The notes under the pieces: model-generated
Databases searched by the model: none
Told to the model about the DNA's origin: nothing
Seen by the model: only the letters and a program-made list of their open reading frames with translations
Shown here: positions 37,660 through 49,018 of the stretch, piece after piece
Layout of the letters: each line of letters starts with the position of its first letter
Numbering within the stretch: position 1 is the stretch's first letter
Made by a program: the position numbers and the translations under genes
Assembly: GCA_043228905.1 (NCBI GenBank)
Contig: JBHGNT010000010.1
Location: forward strand, 3,968,001 to 4,032,000
DNA: 64,000 nt
Reading direction: 5' to 3'
Source of the DNA: Azolla caroliniana
Lineage: Eukaryota > Plantae > Polypodiophyta

Positions 37660-40600
37660 TGTTGCGTTGTTACGCGTGTGCGTGGAGAACGAGGCGGGAC
37701 CACCGTGGCCTTGGACCGAGAAATAGCTGAAAAAGAGGAGAACGGAAAGGCAACAGACGCACTTGCACACGCACTGACACGGGAGCACATGCTTTACTCC
37801 TCGTCTTCCGGTTCGTCATCCGCCTCGGACCGCCCTTCATCGCCGTCCAAGCTTTCCAGATCCAGCTCGTACTCGTGTCGTTTCTTAAACGCTTTGACCC
37901 TCTTCCCCGCTACCGGTATTGCCATCCTCGTACCGTTGAGCTCCGCAAGATGGTAGGTCCCGTTGTCGTTGGCGCTTTTCACCACGTAAGGCCCAAACCA
38001 CCTCCATGCAAACTTCCGCATTGCCCTGTGCTGGTTGTCGAGGCTACTGCCATACACTAGGACCTAGTCGCCTTCCTCGATCTTCTTTGGTCGCAACCGG
38101 TGCGTCTGGTCAAACCGGGTCTTGTTACGCTCCCTTGCCGCCCGTAGCTTTTCCTTCGCCCGTTTCACGTCCTCCGGCCTCCGCTCGAGTTGCCGAATCC
38201 CCGCCGCCAGCGACTCCTCCCGGCTCATCTCGTCCTTCCAATCTACCGCCGCCCACGAAGGAACCGTCCGTTCCATCGTCATGATCGGCTTCTGTCCGTA
38301 CATGAGCTCTATCGGCATGAACCCTGTCACCGAACTATGCGTGGTTCGGTCCACCCATAGTGTGTAAGGAAGGAGCCGCGGCCAATTCCCGACCTGCCCT
38401 CCGCATGCACGCACCAACGCCTTTACGATCGGCCCGTGTCCACGTTCTACCTTCCCGTTCGCCTCCGGATTGTACGCCGTAGTGAGGGAGAGTTTGACCC
38501 CTAGCCGGTCGAACAACTCCTCAGCTTCCCGCGCATCCAGCTCTCCCCGGTCCACCACGATCCTCCCGACGCACCCGTACCGACACACCACCTCTTCGAT
38601 CAGGAACCGGCATACTGCCGCGGTTGACTTGTTATGCAGTGCACGACCTTCCACCTGGTTCATTAAGTCTTCCCACGCAAGCACCAGGTACCGCATCTGT
38701 CCTACTCCCATCGGTATCGTCACCAAGTCCACCATCCACTTGAAATGGACCATAGGCGGGTAAGTCGGGTGTAGCTCATCCCAATGTCGGACTACGAAGT
38801 GCATCTGACAGCTTTCGCAAGTCGTTACGAACCGATGCACGTCCTGGTACAACCCCGGCCACCAGTACTTCTCCTTCACCTTCTCTAACGTGGCCCACGT
38901 TCCGCGGTGCCTGGCCCAAGGACTCTCATGAAATGCCACTAGTAGTTCCTCCTGTTCTTCTTTCTTTGCTACTACCCGGAGTGGAACGCCGTTTCTCTTC
39001 TTTGGGTGCTTCCATATGTACCCGTCCCGAAGGAAGAATCAGTACGCTTTCTTCTGGATCCGGTTGGTCTCTTCCTTTGTCCACGCCGCGTCCGGTGTCA
39101 TTGTTTTCAGGAGCCTGCCGATTCGGAGCCACTCCCCGTCGTACTTGCTCTCGTCGAATTTGTTAAACGCCGGAGTCCTCCCCTTTTCGGTTGCCATGTA
39201 TGCCGCCTCGAAGAAATCTACGCCGACTTCCTCGGCCTCCGAAACCATGCCGTCCTCGTTTTCGAACCTCGTCCTTGAGAGCATGTCGGCCATGGATTGT
39301 CTTTTCCAGAAATGTGTCGTATCTTCGGATTTAGGGACTTGATGTACACTATTCACCTGAGCATTGCCAGGTTCGGTGTCGCGCATCCGGAAACCATGCC
39401 GAGAATCCGTAGGCAATCCGTCTCAATTATTATCTCTGTCCCGATCAGGTAGTCTTTATCAGCCTTCACCGCCGAAATGATACCCAAGAGTTCGCGTTTA
39501 ACCTGGGCGTATCCTCGCTGTCGCTCACTGAGGACCTTCGCGCCGAACTGGATGGGGAACCTCGTGCCAACGTCATCCTCTTGGTTGATCACCCATTTGA
39601 TCTCGGTCAGACTCGTGTCTACGGTTACGTAAATCGAAGTGTCTTTGCCATAGACAGCCTTTCGGAGCGCCGGTGCCGTGGCAAGTGCTTCCTTCATCTT
39701 TCGGACTGACTCTGTATGCTCGTCTCCCCACTCGAATTTACGCCCTTTCTTCAGCAACCCATACAGCGGCTCCGCGACGTGGGCGTCATGCGGGATCCAG
39801 ATATGGTAGAACGCGCATGGTCCCAAGAATCTCCGAACCTCTGTTACCGAATTGCAGTCATGCTTCATCACAGAGATGGCTTCCACCTTGGCCGGAGACG
39901 GTTTCCGACCGTATGCTCCGCATAGGTGCCCGACGACCATGATCTCTGATTGCCCGAACGCCGATTTTTCCCCGGAGAAGGTGAGCCTCGCGCCTTCTAG
40001 TCTCTGCAGCACCTTCTCTTAGTCATCGATGTGAGTCGCCACGAAATTCTGACATCCGTCCGGTCCGATTGTCTCGTCCTTTTCCTCCACCGGGCATCCC
40101 CTGATCGGGATGTCGTCTAAGAATGGCATGGTGATGTTCGGGATACAATCCCTGAGCACTTTGTTCATCGCGTTCACCATGTGAGCCACTGAGTTCGTCC
40201 CTCTTTGTGGTAGGGTACACATCCGCACTAGGCCGAGAGGAGTCCGCATCGTCGTAATGTCTCTTCTCTCCACGGCTAGTTGGAACTGATCGTACCCCGA
40301 GTACAGATCACGGACAGAGTAAATCGACCTTCCGGCGAAGGCCTCCGCGAACTCGTCTATGGTTGGTCCGATTCTTGCGTTACGGATGGTCACCTTTTGA
40401 CCGGTTGCAGGTCCTGAATGAAGCGCAGCGTGCCGTTCTTCTTCGGCACTATAAACCACCGATTCGAATATGGGGCACTCGACGGTTCGAGGATGCCCAT
40501 CTCCACCTTTTGCTTTAGAAGCTCCATCAACTTCGCGCACACTCACTCTCCAATCCACAGCCGAAGCCATGGCTTCTGCGAGATCCGACCCCCTCATCTT

Positions 40601-41339
40601 TCTATTCCTCTGCCGCCTATTCACGTCGGGTTCACCAAATATGTCGCGTTGTTACGTGCGTACAAGGAGAACGAGGCGGGACCACCGGGGCCTTGGACCG
40701 AGAAATAGCTGAGAAGGAGGAGAATGGAAAGGCAATAGACGCACTTGCACACGCACTAACACGGGAGCACATAGGAATCATAGTCCAACAACACAGCAAA
40801 CGAGACGACTCGAAGTCCGAGTTTATGAACACGTATGTATATAAATGTATATATATATCAAGACGGTTACAACTAACAGGCCGGCAAGCAGGACACCGAC
40901 GCTTGCTCACACACCCACACAGAAGAGCGAGATGGAGTCTCTACCGGAAGCACACGGGCGTTCCGCGGAGCAGAGTCAGCCTCCCAAAAACCTGCGCAAA
41001 AATGGCTATAGAGAGTGGCAGAGAAGAAGGGCTCTGTCCCAATCCGGCAACACCTCGTCCTCTCTAACGCGCTATATCCCCTTTTTTTCATTCCTCTCCC
41101 TTTCTTTTATAGCCCAAGGAGGGAGGCTGTTATCACCCGTTACATCATATTAATTCTCTATCCTTTCGGACAGAGATACAATTCGATTCTCTCCCTATTG
41201 AATGCGTGCTACCTAGGATTTCACCTCAGCCGACTTGTACCTACCTACTTACTATACAACGAAAAGTGTGCTCGCGTGCAAGGGCCGGTTTACACATGCT
41301 AAACTCGGTTTCCGCCTAGGGATGGTTTTCTTCACGACA
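37660..41339 (-). mobile_element. Ty3/Gypsy element E, tRNA-Trp-primed, internally deleted
   Basis: 5' LTR 40642-41339; truncated 3' LTR 37660-~37790. PBS TGGTGAACCCGACGTGAAT (40637-40619). RT YSGYDQF..LPQ..PFLDD, RNase H and INT are present; gag and PR are missing. Flanks CTGT / CCAT. Confidence 0.88.
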
Positions 41340-43428
41340 CCATGTCGGCCACCTTCCCTTTGGTTGCCTTAGACGCCAACAATTGATGCCGTTTAGAGGC
41401 CGTTTTCGGGGTGCCTTCGGTTGTTCTTCCCCGCTTCGTGGTCTTGACGAGCTTGATAGGTGGCGCCAATAGCATGAGCCATTGCGCCACCGCTGTCCAT
41501 ATCTTCCGACCCTCTTTGCCTCTGACATAGTCGATGGCCACACAGAGGCCATCCCCAATCAGTACCGCCCAGTCCACCTTCACGCCTTCATATGTGGCTA
41601 TGATTAAGCCGACCCGGTTCTAGGGCATGCATGGGGGTCGAGGGTATACATGTCCGAATTCATGCAACACCCGGGAAATCTCTCGAAAGAGAGGATCTTC
41701 GCCTCCCTGTGTCCAGTAGGCCTTGCTTGCCGAGAGTATTCCCCAAAGTATTTTCGGAGCTGTTCCGGGGTAGGGTTGTCGATAGTGAAGATTCCCCCTT
41801 CCGAAAGGCCAATCAACGCATGGATGGCTTCCTCAGTAATCAGCTCCGTGTCAATTTCTTTGACTATCTTCTCCGCCTCCCGGTGCGGTGGCGCCTCCAT
41901 GATGGTGAGAAAACCCTCTAAGCCATGTTGCCTTAGCCACTTCTTGGCTGCTTTAGAGAGTGCTTGGTAGTCCATGGCTTCGTCGAGGTCGGTGAGCGCT
42001 GGTGAGGGTTGTCTATGAGGAGTCTCTGTGTGGGTGGGTTTGCGTTTGCTGATCTTCAATCGCCTGTCTGCGGTTGTGCTCCTTTGTTCGCGAAATGCGA
42101 GGGTTTCTATGTGCCGGGGGTCTTCTTGTTGCATGTTGGCGCCTGTTTTTTTTTTTTCATTACCCGCGCATGTGCACGTCGTGTACTAAAATAGAATGAC
42201 GCGCCATGTGGCGGCGGTTTAATACCCTATTAATAGCCCACTACGTTGTCGCGTTGTTACGCGCGTGCGTGTAGAAAGGGGCGGGACCACGGGGGTCTTG
42301 AACCGAGGAGAGAGAGAGAGAGAGAGAAAGAGAGAGGGAGAGAGAGAGAGACTTGTAGATATGCGAAGCGAGAAGGAGAGATATAGAACGTAACACTCGA
42401 TTTCAATAACAAGAGTTTACAACGACAAGAGAATACAATAACAAGAGAATACTATAACAAGAGAATACAATAACAAGAGAATACAAGAGAATACGGCTCT
42501 GACGGTTACAACCGACAAGGCGGCGATGGACCCGACTCGGGGATCCTACTCACACACACACACAACACTCGCTCGACTCCCAGAAACAAAACAAAAGGGG
42601 GGGGGGGGGAAGCCTCTGCTGGAAGCGCACGGGCTATCCACGAAGCAGAGGCAGCGAGCTTCTGACCCACAGAGCCCGACAGCCGGAGGAGAAGAGAGAG
42701 CTTGGCACCCAGATCTACAGCAGCACTTCGTCCTCCCTAGCGCGCGATCTCTGTTCCTCCTCTCTCTCCTTCAATAGTTCCCTAAAAGGGGGTGCCCCCT
42801 TTTCCTTAGCCAAACTGCTTTATTCCCTGTCCCTGTCAACAGAGATACGCACAAAATCCCCTAATAAATGTGCACTACCTAGTATTTACACCAATCGCCT
42901 TAATTACGAATTATGTACAATATATCAATCCTCGCGTCCACCCGTGTAAGAGCCGGTTCATGCGCCTTTTTCTTCGATTCCGCCTATGGCCAGTTTTTGT
43001 CAGGAACAGTACTGAGACAAAGAAGGAATTAGTACTAAACGAAGGATTAGTACTATGAGAGGTGTGGAACTTCTTCGAGAGAAGGAAGAAGTGAGCGAGA
43101 CGGAGAGAAAGAGAGAGATCGAGAGAGAGAGAGAGAGTGATGATAAGAAAGATATGTATTATATGAAGAGAATATACAATGGTGGCTAAAAAGGCTTAAG
43201 ACTGGCGTTGAACCAATTTGGTTCAATATAATGCCTAGTGCCCTCTTTTATAGTGTTTTCAGGAGTAATCCTGAAGCTTCTAGAATGTTCCAGAGAAATC
43301 TGGAATATACACTAATTTCCTATAATAAAATGTAAATGAAAATAATGATCCTACGTATTACAATAGATCCTACGTATTACAATAGATGACCCATATAACC
43401 CAAGGTCATGGGTTCGAGTCTTGCCATA

Positions 43429-46307
43429 TCATGACACTATCCCCCCTTTAAAACGATGAGTGTCACGAGTCGTCTTGGATTGAGGACCTGGTTTGTGTGG
43501 ATATTGACGATGGAAGTCTTCAAGAAGAGCACAAGCATTGGTCACATTCTCGATCGGTTCCCAAGTACGTTCGCTGGGGCTATAGCCTAGCCAATCGACT
43601 AGATAGTAGAGCTTGTTGCGAACAATCTTGGAATCAAGGATGGCGGCAACCTCGTACTCCAGCCCATCTTCAAGTTTGATTGGGGGTGGAGGTTGGATAA
43701 GACGTCCTGGGATGGTGCTCTCGTGGTAGGGTTCGAGGAGAGAACTATGAAACACCGGATGTATCCGAAGTTGAGGAGGTAGATCGAGACGAAAAGCGAC
43801 ATCATTAATCTGTCCAATAATACGGAAAGGACCTAATCGCCGATAATCTAACTTCTCACATGGACGAGTAGTCTTGATGTGTCGTCGTAGCAGCCACACC
43901 CGATCTCCAATATTAAAACTGGATGGAAGTCGATGACGATCCGCGTAGACCTTGTGTGTTTGTTGAGCTTGTTGGAGATGAGTAGATAAATCCGCTTGTA
44001 TCTTGCATAACTGCTCCAAACGTTCCTCCGCGCACGGATTTGGGGACACCTCTGGGGTTTCAAGTACACTCCACCGGGGGTGACATCCCGTATAAGCATA
44101 AAATGGTGTAACTTTAGTGGATGCGTGGATAGAGTTGTTATAGGCAAATTCGGCGAAGTGGAGAATATCTACCCAGTCATCTTGATGATAGTTGAGAAAG
44201 CACCGCAGATACTGCTCCAGCATTTGATTTGTTCGTTCAGCTTGGCCGTCGGTTTGTGGGTGGTAGCCGGAGGAGATGTTACAAGTGACCTTGAGCATGT
44301 TAAAAAGGTGCTTCCAGAATTTTGACACGAACTGGGGTCCACGGTCGCTGATGATACTATCGGGAAGGCCATGATGCCGACATACTTCACGCATGACAAT
44401 TTTAGCAGTGTCTTCACTGGAGATCTCCTTAGTACATGGCAAGAAATGAGCCATCTTCGTATATCGATCGACCATCGTTAGAATCGCATTGAACCCCTTA
44501 GAGACTGGAAGATTTGTGATGAAGTCTAGAGCAATGGATTGCAACGGCTTGATTGGAATTGGTAATGGTTCTAATAAACCATATGGATGATGCCTTGGCA
44601 TTTTTGCTCTGCAACATGTATCACAAGTCCGAACAAAATCCTCGACAAATTGTCGCATACAGGGCCACCAGAATGTTCGTTGTACTAAATGTAATGTTTT
44701 AGTACTACCAAAATGCCCAACTATATATGTGTCATGACAGTTTTGTACTACTCGAAGGTGGCAAGAACCATTAGGAACATACAAAAGTTCTTTAAAGAAG
44801 AGTAATCCATCATGGTATTTGAATTGCCGATAGTCCGTACCTGGTGGTTGCGACTGTGAACACGACACTCGAGAGGGATCAATTTGTGCTAGTATAGCTT
44901 GGGCGAACGCATCTGTCTTCAAGTCTTCACGTATGGTATCGATAACGTGGGAATCCATAGGCATGTCAAAGATCTGTGTTGCTTGTAGTCGTGCCGGTCC
45001 CAAGATGACTTGTTTTTGGTTATCGAAAGCTGGCTCGCCGGGACGGGGTGCTAGATACGAACGCAATGATAATGCATCTGCCTTCCCTTGGTGCCTCCCC
45101 GGACGATATGTAATTTTGAAGTCGAAACGCGTGAGGAAGTGGGCCCACCGAGCTTGACGTCGATTCAACACACGAGCATCCTGAAAGTAGGCAAGATTCT
45201 TGTGGTCACTAAATACGGTGACTGGATGAGAGGATCCCTCCAGAAAATGCCTCCATTGCATAAAAGAATCCACTATTGCCAATAGCTCCTTATCATGAAT
45301 TTCGTAGTTGATTTCGGCGGCGTCAAACTTGCGTGAGTGAAAAGCCACAGGATGTAGCTTCTCATCATTCCCTTGTTGTGACAAAATGCTCCCCAATGCA
45401 AAATCGGATGCGTCAGCTTCGATAATGAATGGTTTTTCCGGATCGACATGAGCTAGAATTGGAGCCGATGTAAATGCTTTTTTAAGACTCTCGAAAGCCA
45501 TGTCCGTTTCTTCAGACCAGATGAACGGTTGTCCCTTCCTGGTAAGTTGTGTGAGAGGTAGAACGATCTTTGAGTAATCTTGTATGAACTTCCGGTAAAA
45601 ATTGGCAAAGCCTAAGAAGCATTGCACATCCCGCACCGAATGCGGAGTCTGCCATTCTACCACCGTTTTGACCTTAGCTGGGTCCATGGAGATGCCTTCT
45701 GATGAAATGATGTAGCCGAGAAATTCCACTTGGTTGCACCCAAAACTACATTTTTCCAGCTTTGCATACAGACCATGTTCTCGAAGTCATTTTAGTACTA
45801 ATAGTAAATGAGAATCATGTTCTTCTTGGGTCTTTGAATAAACCAGTAGATCATCCAAATAGATGATCAAACAATCATCCAATAGATCTCGGAATATATC
45901 ATTAGCCATGTGCTGGAAGACTGCCAACGCATTAGTGAGGCCGAACGACATGACCGTATACTCGAAGTGCCCATATCTGGTGCGAAACGCGGTCTTCCAT
46001 TCGTCTCTTGGTTAGATCCGTACGAGGTTATTGACGGGAACTCAAGGTTCCTTATGCACAGCGCTCGGCCACAACCGAGCTTAGGATCATACACAGAAAA
46101 CGGGAAACAAATGTACGCGACACAAAGGAGAGAAAAGTTACATAGAATGTTTACATGGAAAAACCCCAAACTAGGGAAAAAACCACGGCAGCCCACAGGC
46201 TGCAAACTGTCACTATGTAAGAATGTACAATAGTGAGTTCACAGAGGCAACGACCTCGTGCTCACAGATCTTCGCCACAGGCGGCGGTTACAACAGAGGC
46301 AACGACC

Positions 46308-46352
<45 letters not shown>

Positions 46353-47279
46353 AGTTACGCACACTGATCTATTCCTGATTGTAACCTTATTCAAGCCACG
46401 GTAATCTACAACGAGACGAAGCGATCTATCCTTTTTCTTGACGAAGAAAATGGGCGCGCCGGCTGGAGATTTCGAATGCCGAATGAAACCATTTTCCAAA
46501 TTCTCCTCTATATAGGCCCGAAGGACTTCCAGCTCGGTTGGTGACAAATTGTAGATCGGTCCCCATGGCGGCTCTTTTCCCGGTTGTAAATCGATGGGGC
46601 AATCGTACGGTCGATGACGAGGAAGTGTGTTGGCTTGTACTTTATCGAACACATCGGCGTAATGACGATACTTCTCGGGAAGTTGAACGATGGATTCTTC
46701 TTTAGTGGTGCTGGAGGGGTTTACTGATATTGCAAAGAGGAACATTTCCTCCTTGCACCCTTCTTTACGCAACTGACGTAGCAAAATGGTTGCCATCTTC
46801 TGAGTTGACCCTTGGGTTTGTCGACACTGGATTTCTCTTGTTCTCCAATCTATGTCTGGGTTATGTAACTCAAACCACGGTAATCCTAAAACTATAGGAT
46901 GTTCTGGGATACTAATAATATTAAATGATACTACACATGCTAAGTTATCTAAGACAATATTAATGGGCTCTGACTCTTCTATGATATTTCCGGAAGCAAT
47001 GGGACGTCCATCAATGACTACTACAGAGGCTGGACACTGGAGTTTTCTTAGGGATATCTTATGAGTTTGAGCAAATTTCTTATCCATAAAGCAAGAGTTA
47101 GCTCCGGAATCTAGGAGTGCTAGGACATGTACTGGAGGGGTACTTTTAGTACTAACTGTTACTTGGGCTACGAACACATCACTAACTTGCTTAGAGGGAA
47201 TGGAACCACTAATGGGTTGCACAGATCTAGGGCTGTCCAACCAAACGACTCCTATTTTGGCTGGACTTAGTCGTTTAAC
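43429..47279 (-). pseudogene. Element H pol: PR-RT-RH-INT-chromodomain; RT disrupted by an LTR fragment
   Basis: [36 protein letters not shown], and EYEVAAILDSK...YLVDWLGY...TWEP (chromodomain). Confidence 0.92.
46032..46364 (-). mobile_element. Truncated Copia-B-family LTR fragment in the H RT
   Basis: TGACGGGAAC...CCACAACC...AAAACCCCAAACTAGGG matches 17727 onwards. The other end is lost together with a stretch of H RT, so there is no TSD. Confidence 0.85.
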
Positions 47280-48418
47280 TCTTCTTCTAACTGACTAAGG
47301 ACATCAAATTTGTTTGCTAGATCTGGGATATTAGTACTATTAGGACTATCAGATATCCCTACTGAAATAGGCTCAGGTTTAGTACAATTAGAACTAGCGA
47401 CTATTTGGTTTACCTGTCTTCTTGGCCTATGGGGGCAATTTATTGCGATATGTCCTGGTCCACCGCAGTAAAGACATAGTCGATTTGTACGGCGTCGTTG
47501 CCTTTCTTCTTTAGATAATGGCCCTCGATGATGTGTAGTGTCAATCTCCATCGGAGTCGGAGTATTCGCTGGAGGCGCATTATATGACTCCCTCGAAAAA
47601 GGTCTTGCTACCACTGAGGCGTAGGTGGGCTCTGATCTTGCCCTCGGCATCTGTAGCTGTCGTTCCGAACGTCGCTCAAAGAGGCGGTTGTCACATCTCA
47701 CCGCGCGACTGATTGCTTCTGTTAAGGACTTTGGCTCTTCGGGGAAGGTCAAGAGTAAATCCTTGACGTCGTTGCGTAAACCATAACGGAATTGCTCCAT
47801 CAACGCTTCATCATCCCAAGGGATATCGGCGGCGAGTAGGCGAAAATCTGCAGCGTATGTAGAGGCTGGACGGTCACCTTGGCGTAATCGCCGGATTTTG
47901 TTGATTGCGGTCCTGATGCTGTCAGTATCTCCGAAACATGCTTTAAACTCACCTAGAAACTCTTCAAAATTGTTGAGTAACGGAGATTCCTTTTCTAATA
48001 GTGGAGCGAACCATGACAACGCTGAGCCACTTAACAAAGTGCCTACTAAACCCACTCGTGATGCATCGGTGGGATATCGGGAAGGATGCATTTGAATAAC
48101 TAATCGTACCTAGTTAAGGAACCCTCTAAATTGCGATCGCGTTCCATCGAACTTCGTGGGAAGACCAATCTTGGGTTCTTTAAGAACCCCTTGTGTTCCG
48201 GGCCCTTGTTGTTGCATCGCTACGATGGTTGCTTCGAGTTGTTGCACGCGTAACGCAAGTTCCCCATGCTGTTGTTGCGTTTGCTGCTTTTCTAAGGAGA
48301 TTTGCTGAAGATCCCCCAACAATCGTTGGTTTTCTTGTTCCAAAGCATGGAACTTCTCCTTCAAGCATTGAAATTCCGAGAAAACAGATTGATATTCTTC
48401 AGCGCTAACAGTAGCCAT
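47267..48418 (-). pseudogene. Element H gag (one premature stop at 48110-48112)
   Basis: PTKFDGTRSQFRGFL, LRQG, PTPMEID, CLYCGGPGHIAINC. Confidence 0.9.
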
Positions 48419-49018
48419 GGGATGAAAGAAAAGAGGAATAAAAGATTAGTAGGAAATGAGAGAGACAGAAGGTAGGAAAAAATTGGTTCAAATTGTCAAG
48501 AACAGTACTGAGACAGAGAAGGAATTAGTACTAAACGAAGGATTAGTACTATGAGAGGTGTGGAACATCTTCGAGAGAAGGAAGAAGTGAGCGAGACAGA
48601 GAGAAAGAGAGAGATCGAGAGAGAGAGAGAGAGAGTGATGATAAGAAAGATATGTATTATATGAAGAGAATATACAATGGTGGCTAAAAAGGCTTAAGAC
48701 TGGCGTTGAACCAATTTGGTTCAATATAATGCCTAGTGCCCTCTTTTATAGTGTTTTCAGGAGTAATCCTGAAGATTCTAGAATGTTCCAGAGAAATCTA
48801 GAATATACACTAATTTCCTATAATAAAATGTAAATGAAAATAATATCCTACGTATTATAATAGATGATCTAATGGTCAAGAGCTCGACCCATGTAACCTA
48901 AGGTCATGGGTTCGAGTCTTGCCATATCATGACAGTTTTCTTCATGACATCCACCCCCACCAAACCGCACATCCACCGGCATGCGCCAGAGATGGGTAGA
49001 CACCGAAGAAAACCGGCT

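Larger units (their letters stand above)
30271..42134 (-). pseudogene. Gypsy C extra 3' ORF, split into 42134-41344, 37659-37531 and 32147-30271; ~930 codons with a coiled-coil C-terminal half
   Basis: Frames rejoin across the E insertion (KVAD-T-DHAAK) and the D insertion (AVKI-NIGTPEE). ORFs from 31653 to 30271 share one frame and are E/K/R/L/A-rich. Confidence 0.75.
42998..48934 (-). mobile_element. Chromovirus (Ty3/Gypsy, Tcn1/Tf1-like) element H
   Basis: LTRs 48494-48934 (5') and 42998-43436 (3'). TSD GTTTT (42993-42997 / 48935-48939). PPT AAAGGGGGGATAG. C-terminal chromodomain; non-tRNA PBS. Confidence 0.95.

Noticed and set aside
37186-37956. 200-aa and 171-aa ORFs
   Set aside because: Chimeric read-through across LTR junctions. 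Only 37659-37531 belongs to the C extra ORF.
40619-40637. tRNA-Trp gene
   Set aside because: Only the 3'-terminal ~19 nt including CCA, next to an LTR. This is a primer-binding site.
30271-42134. Retroviral envelope gene
   Set aside because: The position fits, but I see no signal peptide, cleavage site or clear transmembrane helix.
48865-48925. Functional tRNA gene
   Set aside because: No intact acceptor or anticodon stems could be formed. Kept only as a tRNA-like promoter finding.
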